A stretch of 60,490 bases of DNA, filler included, from Gonapodya sp. JEL0774 (taxonomy: Eukaryota): assembly GCA_027604505.1 (NCBI GenBank). It is 5 parts of 5 records of this genome, joined end to end, with 100 filler letters (N's around TTAATTAATTAA, not from the genome) between each part and the next. Parts side by side here need not be neighbours in the genome. Positions count along the whole stretch, not along the records: positions 36,450 to 48,439 come from JADIIX010000352.1; positions 48,540 to 60,490 come from JADIIX010000353.1; 3 more parts are not named here. One strand, written 5' to 3'. The notes beneath the pieces are model-generated. The model saw only the letters and a program-made list of their open reading frames with translations, was not told the origin of the DNA and did no database searches. This document shows, one piece after another, positions 36,450-50,199 of the stretch. Position numbers and translations under genes: made by a program. Every line of letters starts with the position of its first letter. Positions within the stretch are counted from its first letter, which is position 1.

Positions 36450-38275
36450 TCTTAGTACTGGCTCTTGCGAAGCTACTTAACTTTCTGGTACAAGAAGTTC
36501 GAGATGTCGATGCGCATGTCCACAATTTACGCAATCAGCCAGTTTGTTGCCGCGTGGTCAGGCTTCTTTGCCACTTGTGAGTCTATACTTTTGTGCGGAG
36601 CTTGCTAAAATAATGCTGAAATTGCCGGCCCTCTTTATTGAAAGGGATCGCCTACATGAACGGCCTTGCTGGTCTGAAAGGATGGCAGGTGCATCTCTCT
36701 CGTTTTTAACCACGTCCACTGCATCGCCGCTGAGGCTTCGGCCAATCTTTCTAGTGGCTCTTAATTATCGAGGGCTTGCCTTCAGTCATTATTGGAGTCA
36801 TCGCCTACTTTGTATTGCCACAGTATCCACACAGTGAGTTCTGTGGGGGGAACGCTCGATGGACAATCTCTCATCAACGTTAAATCCTTAGGTGTAAGAT
36901 GCTCGCAGTCCTCGCAGACCGTGATCTGGCACGTTTAACCTTCTTCAATTCAATGACACGTAGAACGGTGGCTTCCTGACTCTTCGTGAGCAACAAATTG
37001 CAATCGAGCGACTTCCCAGCTCTGCTTCCTCAATGCACGACAAGAACTTTGACATGAAGGATGTGAGTTGGTCCCATTCCTTGGAGTCCAGAAGTTTCAC
37101 TCACCAACTCGGTTTTGATGATGCAAACCAGTTCGTGAGAACCATGAAGGACCCAGTCTTGCTACTCTTCTGTGTAAGTTTACGAATCTGTAAATCTTGA
37201 TGTGTCAAAATCTTAATTGTACGGAACACGTGCCGATGAACAGCTGGCGGCATTCTGCGTGTTCCTCCCTGGAAACGGGACGTGAGTTCTTTGATCGTTG
37301 ATTTTCATGTTGCTTCAGCTCATCAGAGTCTGTTCAACTTCAGAAACTACTTCCGCCCATCAATCATCGCTGGTATGGGCTGGACCGGTAACACAGCAAA
37401 TCTCATGTCTACATGGCCTGGAGTTTTTGGCGCTGTCTTCGGTGAGTCATTCGGTCAACGTTCGGATCTAAAATCATTCAAGAACCAAGTCCTTAATAAC
37501 TTCCCTTGATGGTGCAGATCAATACTGGGGCTGGCAATCCGACAAGCTCAGCGAGCGCCCGATGCACATCCTATTCTGCCTGGGAATGGGAGTACTCGGT
37601 AGTGCGCTTCTAGTCGCAGGACAAATCCATCTGTGGCATGCTGGAATCCGATAGTTCGTGCCAACATGTCTAATTCCACACGTTTGATATTGACCAGTTG
37701 ATCCCCTCCAGCTTCATGCTCTTTGTGATCGGCATGACTGGACCTACGGTAAGATGAAAGATCAACTAAGATCTGCAGACACATTATGTCATGGAATCTC
37801 AGTATGATCTTTTATTGCAAATAGGTCCCGCTCATTCTTGTGTATCGCACAAATCTCTTGAGCGGTAGCACGGCAGTGGCGGTCGCGAGCGCTGTGACCA
37901 CAATGGCAGGGAACTTGGGCGGTCTCAGTGAGTAATAATTACCTTGCGACGGAGATACCTGTTTCTTCAAAAAGCGTTCTATGTCCAATGTGTTTCTTGT
38001 TTGCAGTTGCACCGTTCGTATATCCAAACATCTGGGCACCTCTTTACATTCAAGCCTGCTGTGAGTGCACAAACGCAGGGTTCTTCTTTCGAATGAAGCA
38101 AGCTCACTTCTTGATTTATCAAAACAAAGGGATGTCTTTTGCGTGCTACTTTGGAGGCTTCGTGAGCATCTCCATCATCTGGGCGTGGGAGATTAACAAG
38201 GCAAAAACAGACCCCGTCTGGGCAGCGGAGCACTCAACTCTGAAAAAAGTGATCGTGGTGAACACAGGCCACTGA
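36450..38275 (+). CDS. MFS transporter, anion:cation symporter (Dal5/Tna1-like) family, 5' truncated, many short exons
   Basis: YLTFWYKKFE, MNGLAGLKGWQ, IIEGLPSVIIGVIAYFVLP, FLTLREQQIAIERL, PSIIAGMGW...ANLMS, SDKLSERP. Confidence 0.85.
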
Positions 38276-38559
38276 GATTTTGGGTTGTTGTTGTGACGGG
38301 TTGAGGGTAATCAGTGTCGTCAGTGATAATGTAATTCGTGACCGTGGCAAGATTTCTGTAAAGAATAAATGTACGCTCTTCCGAGAAACATTTCTGCGTG
38401 TGCGCTTTGTTGTGATGGCGGTCTCGCAAAATGACGTGGACGCCCTGCTGAAGAGCGGAACATCCCCTAATCTACCGTGTTCTCACAAAACAAAGCGTTT
38501 TCCATGAATCTCCCTTCCCCAATACAGACGTAATAGCAANNNNNNNNNNTCCCCCTCCC

Positions 38560-39874
38560 TCTGCCTCTTCCCCTGGCGGTCGCTCCCCTCCCCCTCCTCT
38601 CAGGCGCGAGTCTGAGCTCCGCCTCCCGCTCACCCAACGTCTTTTCGCCGTTCTCGGTCGATCCACCACCGAGACCGACACCGGCGGCCATGAGTCGGTT
38701 GGCTTCCTCGTTGGCCAGCTCGGCGGCTTCGGCGGCAGCTCGGGCGTCGGACGTGGCGTCGTTGAGAATGAGAGCAGCCGCGGCCAGGGCGGTGGTTGGA
38801 GGGAGCGTGGGTGGGATAGCGTCTGGGGATCAGGGGGAAGAGCATTGAGTAAAAGGAAGTGGTGAGTAAGCTTAGCGCGAGAAAATCGGCTGGGCAGAGA
38901 ACCATGTCTATATGATTTCACATCAAGCAGTTGCAAATGACGTGGCGGCTGCTTTTCAAGTACTTTCAAGGCGGTCATCCGGTATGCTTCTACCGTGCGC
39001 GGGTGTTCAGTGTCCACATCCGCTGATTCAATCATCTGCTTCTAATTTCGTTTCGAAGCTCTCCCATTCCACCATGACGACCTCACAAACTCACCTCTCA
39101 AGAACTCCAGTTGTTCCACCTCATCTACTGCAGCTGCCAAATCGGCGTAGGATATTATTTTCCGTCGAGTACGTTGAGTTTGATGGTGAGATTGGTGGAT
39201 GAGAAATTCGAGGAAGAGTTCCTAGACAGTTGTGGAGCGGCGGATGGAGAAGTGGTTGGTGAATCAACCTCAGAAGGTAATGGAGTTCATTGGCATAAGG
39301 AGTAGTGGCTTTGTATGAATTGAAGGGACGACTCAAAGGGGGCAATATTCAATCACGCCCTATTCAAACAAGCTCCAACCCGCGCTCTCTCGAACAGCAT
39401 CGGATAAAATCCCGGCGAGCCACTTATATTCGATCTGTCTCAAAATTGTCAGGCGAAATTGCGCGTGATATCCAGTGTGTAAACCTCTCACCCATGCAAT
39501 CAACCACTCACCGTCGCCGCTCCGACAAGCCATACTGCATCGCCTGATATCTGCCCCACTTCCCTATCCTCCTTCATGATCTTTTTGATCCGCGAAATGG
39601 GAAATGCTGTGCCGAGTTTCGTTGCAGGTGGTGCATTGCCCACTCCATCACCCCCATCGGCAGCTACAACGTCGTGGTCTCCAGTTGCTCCGCGAGTTCT
39701 ACCATCATCAACAGTACCAGCGAGTTTCACTCGTTTCGCTGAGTGTGAGAAATCGTCTCCCTCGTCAAAAGTGGACGAGAACGTGCTGGATTGATTCAGG
39801 TCAACGGTGGGTCGCCTGGGCGGTGACGACGACATTTCAACGTCTGAAAAAGGTCCAGCAGGTACAGAAGACAT
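38560..39874 (-). CDS. Histone-fold protein (CBFD/NF-YC class; Dpb3/POLE4-like), 3' end approximate
   Basis: FPISRIKKIMKEDREVGQISGDAVWLVGAAT | ELFLEFLIHQSHHQTQRTRRKIISYADL. Confidence 0.75.
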
Positions 39875-40179
39875 TTTCGGGTACGCTGCTGTCCGTGTTT
39901 TTCAGTACAGGCAGCGCCAGGTGTTGTTCGCTCGAGGATTGAAGACTGATCTGGGAAGGCAACTGGTCAGGGGCGGAAGTAGAATATGGCTAGAGTGATG
40001 GGAAGCGTCGATAGGAAGTGCGATGGAACGAGACTCGAACAGTCAAGGGGAGTTTCGCTGTTGAAGGGGGTACTGGGGACACAGGATAGTCACCAATTAT
40101 TTGTGTTACTCTTGCTTCATGACAACGGAAACCGCAGCTGCCAGAACACCTCTAAAGTCAGCCTCGGAAAACTTTCAAT

Positions 40180-40913
40180 ATGAACACCGCTCAAGACTCT
40201 CCTTCCGTGATGTCGGACGCGATGATACCCCGCACGTTCACCGCAAAGAGCATAACTCTGCCCGCAACCGTGCCCTCTTCCGACTTGGCTACTTTTTTTG
40301 ATCGGGCCATGATAGTCTCCCAGAGACTAGACAAACTGGTGCTACCTCGAATCAAGCGAGACGAAACCGGCGGTTTGCAGCAACCCGATCCTTCCACAAT
40401 GAAAAGCTCAACCCCGTGGAATCGCTGAAATTATGGGAGTGCAATGTGACGTATCCCAACGGAGACTCCGGTCCGCAACCTCTCCCGAAGCGTATAGGCA
40501 GTGCATCGTTGGACAGGACGAGGGAGACGTTCCCCGATGATCTCCAATTCGTAGCACACGCGAGCTTCAACACGCAGAATGGAAAAAGTCCGCCGCGCTG
40601 TTGTCGCTGGAGGGCCGTGGTACGACCTTCGCAGCCAACTACTAGATTCGGGGTTCTCATGGTTCGCAATCGGAAGGGATTCTGTTACACTGACGGCCAT
40701 GCCGGAGCTGGAAACGTCGTGGAGATACTCATCCTGGACTTTCTAGAGCTCCGAGAAATAACGGCAGAAGACTATACGAGTGGAGAGCTAGTGCTAGCCG
40801 AGGTAGCCGAGCGCGTTCGTCGTCACCCCATCGCGGTGGTCAGATGGGTCGCTTTTACTGCAGCTGAGCAAAAACTCGCCGTACTGATCCCGGACCACGA
40901 GGGGAAAGAATGA
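40180..40913 (+). CDS. Hypothetical protein (two overlapping ORFs; intron or frameshift between them)
   Basis: Globular-looking 165-aa ORF at 40416-40913 preceded by an 82-aa ORF. No family recognised. Confidence 0.3.
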
Positions 40914-42636
40914 GAGAAATATGGGAGCCCTCGAATCCCAACCATAAGTTACCAGCCAAGTATCATCCTGCGAAGAACTGGGGCATGAGCTTTGTTGTAT
41001 GTTTCCGATCAGCGCTTTTTGTGAGGCTTTAAAGTGACTTAATCATGAACCTCTTGCCCCCAGACCGTCACCGTTGCCAAAGACACTTTCGCCATTCTCA
41101 AGCATGTCCTCACTCTCAACGAGTCTCTCACCGAGCTTCCTACCGACTACGCCACTCGTCTGGATCGATACGGCCACCATTTTCGGCACTGCTTCCTGGC
41201 ATTCTTGCGACGTGTTGACCCAGCAGATGTCATTAAAATCACTGGGGGGCTTGACTTGCCAGCGTTGGAGTGCTTTACGTGCGGTGCAAAGGATGGTGAG
41301 AAGAAACTGAAACGTTGTGCTGGATGTCATGCTGCTTGGTACTGGTGAGTATCTAAGAGGTGTCTTTGTGCCTGTGCACGCCAAAGCCTATAACGTATCT
41401 CGTCCTGTACTGTTTCTGTAGCTCGTCAGAATGTCAGAAGCAGGAGTGAGTGTTCACTTGGTACAGAGACTGGCATGACACCCCAGACCAAAGAAATTTT
41501 TATTTTTTGCAGCTATAAATCACGCAAAGCAGTGTGTAAGACCTCCCAAGCTGCCGAAAGCGCCTCCTCAGCCTCCACTCCTCCAGATGACTCACCTTTG
41601 GCGTCGTCGCTGTCTGATGGTGCCTCCGTCCTCCTTAACTTGACCAAGTCTTCGGGCGGGAACACCGTCCAGTTAAGCTCGTTACGGAACCTCACAGCAG
41701 AGAACGTGACGAGGACAACTCAAGCTCAAGGCAAGCCACTAAAGAAAATTTACGGAAAAAACAAGTTCGTTGTGAAGGTATCATTTTTGATGATGTAATA
41801 AAGGTTGTGACAATTTCCTAGTACTTCCCTGATCTATTTGAATTTAGGTTCAACGACGACAAGACATCCCAGCACAGGGCGACATGGCTATCTATGACCA
41901 GAAGCGTACGATCACCATTACAGACTGATTGCCCCGCGGAATTCAATTCCGCCGCCTAAACCAGGCTGTTGCGTCCAAGCCAGAACGGAGAGGACTCAAA
42001 GGCTATTTTTGGGCGAGCAGGGAGGGTGAATTTTTGAGAGTGTGGTTGGCGGAGGCACCGAACAGAGACCCGGATGGTGAGCAGTTCGAGAAATGGAGGG
42101 ACTCATCTGCCCATCGGACCGGACGGGAATTGTGGACCTCGATATCATGTCTGGAGTGCATCCAAAGTTACGGAATTGGACAGTGACAGCGAGCTACGGC
42201 TTGCTCGCACGACATATAAGTAGATAAATCTTTCAACCGCCTCGCCCTCGGAGCCACTTTCATCCATCCAGAAGAAGACGCCCCAACCACTGAATGATCA
42301 AGACAGCCTGGCCCATTGGCGACACTGCAAGAAGCTCTGGTCGGATCCTTGCAGACGGACACAACCTCCTCCAAAAGCAATATCGTAACGAGGTTCATTG
42401 AATGAATACGCGGCCATTGACCAGGCTGATACGATTTTTTTGCTGGTGTCCGGAGCGTCACCTCAACTGACGTCAATTGTCTAAGACAAGAAATCCATTA
42501 CATACATACTCAAATAATATCAAATGCATATATCGAGTGTTTGAGTTTGAGTGAGTTGCCTTTGGGCGGGATATATTCGAGAGCCTCATGATCGACCTCC
42601 CTGAAAATTTGAACGGCGTGTTCCGTTCTCCACGGA

Positions 42637-44184
42637 ATGCCTGTTTGGAGAGATGAGGGGGGCCCCCATGCGATGCTCATTGCAGCAGTAGAGGCATGTG
42701 ACTTGCAGGGAGTTCGACGTGCTCTGGCGGAGGGCGCTGATGCCCGGACGACACGGAAGTTTGTGACGATTCGCGTTTCGTTTGAGGATGAGGAAGGCGA
42801 GGAGGAGATGCAGGATACTCGAGAAGCCGAGACGGTACTTGCGATAGCGATTCGGATGGGAAACCCGACAATCGTAAGAGCGCTGCTCGAGGCAGGTGGG
42901 TTCTGTTGTGGGATCTTTTCGGAAGCCTCAAGGTGGAGCTCTTTTTCATTGATAGGTTCGGATCCCAACGAGCCCATATGTTGGCGTATCCCAGGATACA
43001 CAAAAGTATGGACATTCGATCTTTGGAGCACGGAACGATGGCAGAATCGAGTATTCGTGTTCGAGAACTCACTGGAGTTGGCTCTATCGACATCCTACTG
43101 GGTCAACAAACCGGGCTACCATGTCGTCATAGAAAATCCTAGGGTTTTATTTGATGTCGAAGAGTCTGCATTGGTGGATCCCAGCGTGGAAGTCGTACGG
43201 GAGCTTCTACGGAGGAACGTGGCTGTCACACCGGGAGCCATGCAGAAGGCCCGAGAACTGCGGGACAGTGACAATGCACTCGTCGGGCAAAGGCCAGAGT
43301 TTGTAAAGATGCTTGATCCAACGGGAGCATGGGGCGATGTTTCCGGCCAGTCGGATTCACTGGGGACCATCCGGCACTCCCGGAGCGAGCCCGGCAGCAT
43401 TGCACGATTATCGTCGAGTGGGACTCCCCGCAGTCGGCCCAATTCTCTTCTTTCGATGCAACTACAACCAACTATGCTAGATCCTACCTCGAATCTCCAC
43501 CGCCAAAATACAGTCGCCACCCCGTATTGGCGGACCGCCCCACCATCCGCTGAAGAGCACTACCCCGTCTCGGTCCGTCTCTCTGCCAATCCACAGCACG
43601 ATGCGGACGATTATTTCTCCGCAGTCTCTCCTGTACCCTACCCACAACCATTCACCCCTTCCGTGCCAATCTCGCGACCAAGCAGTCGTCTGGTACCCGT
43701 CACCCCACTCGCCAAACTCCCTAAACTTCCAAGCAACTCCCCACCCCGCCACCAACCTACCGAAACAACATCGTTTGCTCATCGCTTTTCGATGTTCATG
43801 GCATCCCCACCGGTCAAAAAACCTGCCAGCGAGGATCGTTCTGCAAACATTGATGCTGTGGACTCTCACAAACCAACCACAACTTCGTCAAGGAGCTCAG
43901 TCCTCATTCAGAATGGTGCAGTCGCTGGACTAGAAAGACATTGGCCGTCGAGCAAAGTCGCAGTCGTTATTCAGCGACCAGATTCAGTGCAGTCGCCTAC
44001 ACCCGGTGGAGGTGGATTTGGATTGTCCACTTCTGCCCCTACGTTTTCAGGATTCCAGTCACGATCGGGCATGTCAAGGAGGTCTTCAAGCATAGCGGGC
44101 CTTCAAGGATGGTTCGGACAGTTATTTGGGAGGGGCGGCAATAAAAGGACTTTGGCGGCAACGGGAAGGGCAGCGACACAGTAA
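42637..44184 (+). CDS. Protein with N-terminal ankyrin-like repeats and a disordered Ser/Pro-rich tail
   Basis: LIAAVEACDLQGVRRALAEGADA and ETVLAIAIRMGNPTIVRALLEAG. Probable in-frame intron at about 42896-42955. Confidence 0.65.
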   Translation: MPVWRDEGGPHAMLIAAVEACDLQGVRRALAEGADARTTRKFVTIRVSFEDEEGEEEMQDTREAETVLAIAIRMGNPTIVRALLEAGGFCCGIFSEASRWSSFSLIGSDPNEPICWRIPGYTKVWTFDLWSTERWQNRVFVFENSLELALSTSYWVNKPGYHVVIENPRVLFDVEESALVDPSVEVVRELLRRNVAVTPGAMQKARELRDSDNALVGQRPEFVKMLDPTGAWGDVSGQSDSLGTIRHSRSEPGSIARLSSSGTPRSRPNSLLSMQLQPTMLDPTSNLHRQNTVATPYWRTAPPSAEEHYPVSVRLSANPQHDADDYFSAVSPVPYPQPFTPSVPISRPSSRLVPVTPLAKLPKLPSNSPPRHQPTETTSFAHRFSMFMASPPVKKPASEDRSANIDAVDSHKPTTTSSRSSVLIQNGAVAGLERHWPSSKVAVVIQRPDSVQSPTPGGGGFGLSTSAPTFSGFQSRSGMSRRSSSIAGLQGWFGQLFGRGGNKRTLAATGRAATQ

Positions 44185-44339
44185 ATTTACGTTTGCATAT
44201 TTTGAAGTTTTGTTACTTTATGACGGTGGGGCTGACGTCCAGACTTTGAAGTGTATCGTCCGTGTCATTACGATTGTTGTTCCAATACAAAGTGCATGAC
44301 AAATACAATCATTAGACGACCCATCCTTGAGCAGGCAGT

Positions 44340-45603
44340 TCATGCTATATTCTGTCTGCGTTTCATTTTCCATATACGCCGATCGTCTCTCCGCTGGGCG
44401 CCAGCCGACGTCTCTTCGTTGGACGCTCCGTTGGTCTCCGAACTATCGCTGGCTTCGGCGTCCTCCAGCTGCCAGCCCCGATCTGCTGTTTGCAAGAGGA
44501 AATCGGCCCAGACGGTGTCTCCAATGACTCCGCAGACGAATACGGTTGGTGTACGAGGTGACGGATCATGTTGGGATTCATGGCCACCGATGCTCTCCTT
44601 AGGACCACTAGAGAGAGCCTCCACCGTCTCCAAAAACGGCACAACCGCCTTCGAGTCATAAATGCATTCTGCTGCGACCACTAAGTCAAAAGGACGTTTC
44701 AGAGGTTCAGGTATGCTCGATTGATCTGTGCTTGGAAACCGGGTCCAGTCAAGCGGGAAGGCTTGTACATGATGGCGCTCGGAAGGCGCAGTATTGAGGC
44801 GGATGTTGTTGCTTGGTCCAGGGTGGTTAATCGTGCGTTCTTGGGAATCAAGAAACGAAGAGCAGCGCTGACCACTATGAAAGCACTCACTCCAGCTGCT
44901 CTAGCATAGCGTCTCCACGATCTGTTAATACTAAGACAGAGATGTGTCAGTGATTGGGTAAGTCCAAAGTCTAAATACGCTCGGAAAAGAAGCCCGCCGT
45001 GCAACTGACCCACGTCGCTCGCTCCGAGAGCGAAGATACCGATTCCAAGCAGTCCACATCCTGCTCCAAGTTCAAGAACCCGGTTTCCACTGATGTGGCC
45101 AAAGCGATTAGTCTCCGATTTTGGAGCTTATTGGTTCTTGGAGGTATATCTCACCGAACAAGGTCTCGTCGTTGTTCGAAGAACCCCAACAGACGGGCCG
45201 CCGGAGGCCATACAGTACTTCCGAGACCGCCCTCACCTTTGTGCAATTTTTCCATGTGGAATGTCCATGAGCGTGAAGTGGAACAGAGTACAACAAGAGC
45301 GAGCGCCAGTATACGCACCTGCAAATTCTTCTCTGATCAGAATCGTCCGGCGCAGCGATGGCAGATTAAACCGGCGCGTCCACAAATCATCATCCTCATC
45401 ATCTTTTTCATTTGAGGGCATCGAGGACGAATGTTCCACGAAGTTGTAGTTGATCCGCGATCGTCACAAAGAAGATGTTGCAGAACAGTCGAGCGACCGC
45501 GAACTAGAGCGATATCAGAAAAGTTATCCCAGTTTATTACAGAAAGAAATTATCCGGTTTGTACTCACCGTGAAGTCTGAGTCAGCAACCGCAGCAATGC
45601 ATG
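44340..45603 (-). CDS. Seven-beta-strand protein methyltransferase (METTL21/Methyltransf_16 family), 5' end approximate
   Basis: GGLGSTVWPPAARL, RVLELGAGCGLLGI and PFDLVVAAECIYD across exons. Confidence 0.8.
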
Positions 45604-45690
45604 CAGAGCGTGGAGTCAACGTTTCACCACATCACGGTTTCTCCTCAAACCGAGCCACTACCGACACGTAGATCTTTTCTTGTTACCTCT

Positions 45691-47925
45691 ATGGCTTCTA
45701 CTTTGATCATCCCATCTCGCCGCGTGAGCATCGCCAGTTCAAGTCATATCAGCACGAAGGCGGACTTCAATAGTGGAAGCTTCTCCGACGAATATTGTGG
45801 CTCAGAGGAACCGCCTTCTCCTCACGATGCAGATCTGCCGGGTTTTGGCTTTCCGACTGGTCTCGCACCTCAGGAATTGCCGGTCTGGGATGGATTGAAG
45901 AAACTAAAGAAGAGGCTCAGAGCTACGAGGGATGAAGGAGAGGTGACCGCAGACGGTGTGGTACGAATGTGGGAAGAGTTAGTCGGTGAGAGTTTCGACA
46001 AGTATTCGTTTCCCTGTCTCCTTCCATCAACGGAGTATAATGGTTGTTCTGAGTATCGTAGGCCATGTCAAGCAACTACAAAAAGTACGCTCTTCTGAAT
46101 CAATGCCATCTACGCTACCGCCAATCCGTGCTCTTCAATCCGATCAAAAACTGGAACTGACGGGCTCCAATGAGGATGGCCCCAACGACCAAAACTCAAA
46201 AATCACCACCGCAGCCGCGGCAGACCACTTGGACAACCTCCTCGAATCCCTCTATCCCCTTTTCTTTCTCCTTTGGGACACTATCCTATGGGCCGCAACC
46301 TCCGATCCCATGCAATCTGCCCCCCTCACCACCGCTTCCAAGTCAGTCTCGAGGGCGTATCGCCAGCTTCAAGGTTGGCAAGATACCGGAATCTACTCTC
46401 GTGCAGAATTGGAAGTATTAGCCGAGAGAGTAGGGACAGACCGAGCTATTCTCAAGCAAATCCGAAGTGTTGCGAATCAGTTGGACGCAGACGAGAACTG
46501 TGGTTTAGACGCGGATATGCGGAAGCGATTGAAACGGAGTGTGAAACAAGGTGTCGCTCTTGTCGTGGAACGTGCCGACGAATGTGGTGAGTGCTCCACA
46601 TTTGGTCGTCGTACAGCCTGGTCGCCGATGGTCTGATATTCCACTCGCAGATTCGATTCTTCCAAATCTCGCATTCATCGTGGATTCCATTCACTCCGCA
46701 CTGGTTCCTGTCCATGAACGCCTCGTCCAAATCTCTCGGGAACTGGATGCTCTTGGAAGGAGTAATGATCCAGGTAGTTGGGATTTAGCGGAAATTGGAG
46801 CGCTACAGGTAATTATCAGGTGATACCGCTATTAAAAGCCAATACCTGCTCCCGGGTGCGTGTTTATATGTTGAAAGAACGTGATTTTGAACGAATTTGC
46901 GTCTCCTTTGACCCCTAAAAGGAAGAACTCCGCTCCATCGACTCTGTTCGCATTGATGGAAAGTACATAGACTTGAACGGTGTCATAATTCCAGGGCAAG
47001 CAGTGGTCGTCGAACTGTTGGAACAGGTGAGTGTGCCCTCAAGTACAGCCCTTGTATCCGAGTGTACAACCTGGATGAGCTTGACGTTTCAGTGCTTCAA
47101 CGACGCTCACGATTTGCTGGAGCGACGAGATGTCGTAGAGGGTGTTAATCCGTTGCGAGAAGTTTACGAGGCGCTGATTCGGTGGGCATGATCGAACGAA
47201 CCCCTTAAGATGTCTTAGCTAACTGGACCCGACAAATGTATAGGATACGTGGGAGACTGGATAGTCTTTTGCTCACACACCGGTGGAGCTTGAATGGGGA
47301 AGAGGTCCTCGCGATTCAGGAAGAGCTAGTGAGATTCAATTTGGCACTGATTCCGGATCCCTGTGGTGGTGGCACCGTATAATTCATACCGCAATTATTG
47401 TACATAGCGATCCATCGATAATCTGCGCGTCGACGGAAAATTCCTCGACCCCGAGCAGCCGAACATCGTCCCACCGGGCCAAGCCGTCCTCCACGGCCTG
47501 CTTCACAAATGCTATCGTCTCGTTCACCGTCTGACTGAACACCTCGAAACACTACAGACTAACTCTAGCTCCCAGTCGTCGGATCCCGCGGACCAACTTG
47601 TGCGAAACCAGGTAGTCACATTGAGAAAGTGTTTAGGGGAGCTGAAGAAGTGGAAGGTGAGGATGACCGGGAGGGAGGTAGTACCGTATCAACTAAAGTT
47701 GAAGGAGCTGGATGGAATGAGACGCCGGGGGGATGGATCTAGTGGAGATATGGATGAAGATGTGGTGAGTTCCTCAATGCACTGGCTTCGTGGTTGTAAA
47801 GGACCCGTAAGTCATACCTGAATGGTGAATTCCCATGGCAACAGGCATTAATGATAAGAGAGTGCTATGAGATTATCGGGGAGCTTAAAATTGAAGAGCC
47901 TTCACAAAGCCATGGATCCGAGTAA
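45691..47925 (+). CDS. Conserved fungal protein, DUF2408/CUB1-like, multi-exon
   Basis: LVPVHERLVQISREL, IDSVRIDGKY...PGQAVVVELLEQ|CF, LLLTHRWSL, DNLRVDGKF...PGQAVLHGLLHKCY (internal repeat). Confidence 0.75.
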
Positions 47926-48144
47926 TTCGAACCCAGACACTCGCTACTCTCCACCCCCCCACCGCCGGGAGATTGTCATTTCAGTGTGCGTCTGATCTCA
48001 TCATCACGTGTGAAAGTTCAAAGAAGGACCCGCCACTGCTAGGGAAGAGTTCGGAACTCTCTTCTCTCAAATTCGGAATTCAGGAAATACGACAGGTATA
48101 TTTTTACAGATAAATAGCACAACGATAATACAAAACGGACATTT

Positions 48145-48439
48145 CTAGTGATTGGAATGCACCAGTCCTGTCGTGAATGGTAGCATAGCGAGTACGAAGA
48201 GCACAATGGTGCTACCAGCGGTCATTGCTGAGGACGATCCTGGCTTCATCCCACCTGAAGCTGATGCGTTTGCTCCCACAGTGACTGTCGGGGAAGCAGC
48301 GACACTAGTTTGTTGCGACGACGAGGGAGTGGTGCCGGCGGAAGGCGGTTTGGTCGACACTGAAGACGAAGGCGGAGACGCAGGTGGAGTACCTCCTCCA
48401 ACTGCAGGGGGCAGTTGTTTCTGGTTGAGCGATGTGAAA
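48145..48439 (-). CDS. C-terminal fragment of a Ser/Thr/Pro-rich, probably GPI-anchored surface protein
   Basis: S/T/P-rich stretch followed by a terminal hydrophobic segment (IVLFVLAMLPF). The 5' part is lost at the contig end. Confidence 0.5.
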
Positions 48440-48539
48440 NNNNNNNNNNNNNNNNNNNNNNNNNNNNNNNNNNNNNNNNNNNNTTAATTAATTAANNNNN
48501 NNNNNNNNNNNNNNNNNNNNNNNNNNNNNNNNNNNNNNN
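48440..48539. other. Artificial contig linker
   Basis: N run + TTAATTAATTAA + N run. Confidence 0.98.
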
Positions 48540-50199
48540 TCTTCCCACATGGGTGTGGCAGAGCCGTTCTTTGCATCCACGATAAACGTGAAAACCTGAA
48601 GTTCCCGTTGTTCAAATTCAGCAGCGCTTTGCTCAGAGCCCGGCAGTAGTCGCGTCTTCCCCCTGTGAGCTGAGGGTACGAGCAAAAGTGGTGACTCTGC
48701 GATGGTTTAGAAAGAGTGATCGAGCTCACCTTTGAGCGTTGTCAAGACGGGCCGCACAACCACGGTGGTGTGCAGTACGGCGCTCATAGTCGCAATGATG
48801 AGACTGGAATTGAAGTACAAGAGGACGGATGGCCATCGATCATCAATCCCGAGAGCACTCCAGGTTCCGTAAAGTGCGAAAGAGGGTAGTGCAACCCCGA
48901 ACTGAATCATGCGACAAAATTCGTGGAGGATGAATCACACTTAGATAGAAATCAACTGCTTCGTGGACGTGCATACTCACACTGATGATAAGATCACTAC
49001 GAATACCATGTGCGTCTAAAGGAGAGCTTAGTTTGTTTTGTATGGTCCGTTGCGGCAACTCGCCAAGATCCGAATACACAAAAAAAGAAATATTCAACTC
49101 GCCTTTGGAATTCCGCAGCAAATAGATTGCCCAAGGGCTCAGTACATAGAACACAGCATTGAAGAACACCAGAGCTGGTACTGCCGCGATGGTTGACCCG
49201 TTGACGCATCCTTGCGTCTTGTGTTCGTTCACGGCCAATATCACCAAACCACATATGGTCACTACAGTCGCGACAGCGACCATAATCTTTAGCATAGTCT
49301 TCTCGGTCATAAAATCCTATTCGTAAAATCCAGGCGTCACGTCTGATTATCGCAAGAGAGTACTCGACAGGCGTGTCAAACAAACCTTGTGCCTCAACAG
49401 GTAGCAGCCTTTCTTCATGGCTCTTATCGTTCTGCCTTGCAATTTATCCATGGCGTCCTCATCCCCAATATTCGTAGTTCCCGACGTCGACTCTATGACT
49501 CTCATCGCAGCTTTCGATATGTCGCCGTGCATCACGCCGGTGTTGACATCCATCACCAATGTATCCCCATACAACTGGAGCAGCTCACGAGTTGCATAGA
49601 GACGCATAAAGAGAAAGAACGCGCGGAGCAGTAAAGACCCGAACATAAGTGTCGTACCTGGAACCCAAGGGAGTTGAAACAGAGGAACTCGGCTTGTCCC
49701 AGCAGACATAACGTCCGGTGACATACCGAGATGTGTGAAGAGCACAGTTACCGCGGAAAGACATGTCTCGGGGCTCTCCAAAATGAAAAGCATGAGAATC
49801 TATGAACAGAAAGTACGGGGTTTGGAAGGGACTGACCATGGCGCCTTTGACAAATTCAATTATCAAGGCCATTCCCATGCCTAGCTCCTGGGCTAGAACC
49901 ATGTAAAATCCGCGGCTTCGAATAGCATCTGAATATTCAGGAATTTGAGTGTGCACACGTGTCAGTCAAAGCCGCTTGCATTGCGTACATGAGTTGCGCA
50001 GTGCAACAAACGCTCCCAGGAACACTGTTTCAGTATAAGTTGAAAGAGAGCAAATGATACCAAAACGAAGTTTACAGTTTATTAACAAGCGAGAGTAGCA
50101 AACTTACTCACCGACATAGTAAACCAGAAACACTGCAAACGAGAGGAGACACAACGGTCCGCATTTGTTGACCATCGGAAGCCCTGAATCAAGCTCCAT
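48540..50199 (-). CDS. Multi-pass (about 7 TM) membrane protein, GPCR-like (possibly 7TM-RGS type), 3' truncated
   Basis: Successive hydrophobic exons: AIRSRGFYMVL, FGSLLLRAFFLF, IYLLRNSK|DAHGIRSDL, HTTVVVRPVL. Confidence 0.5.
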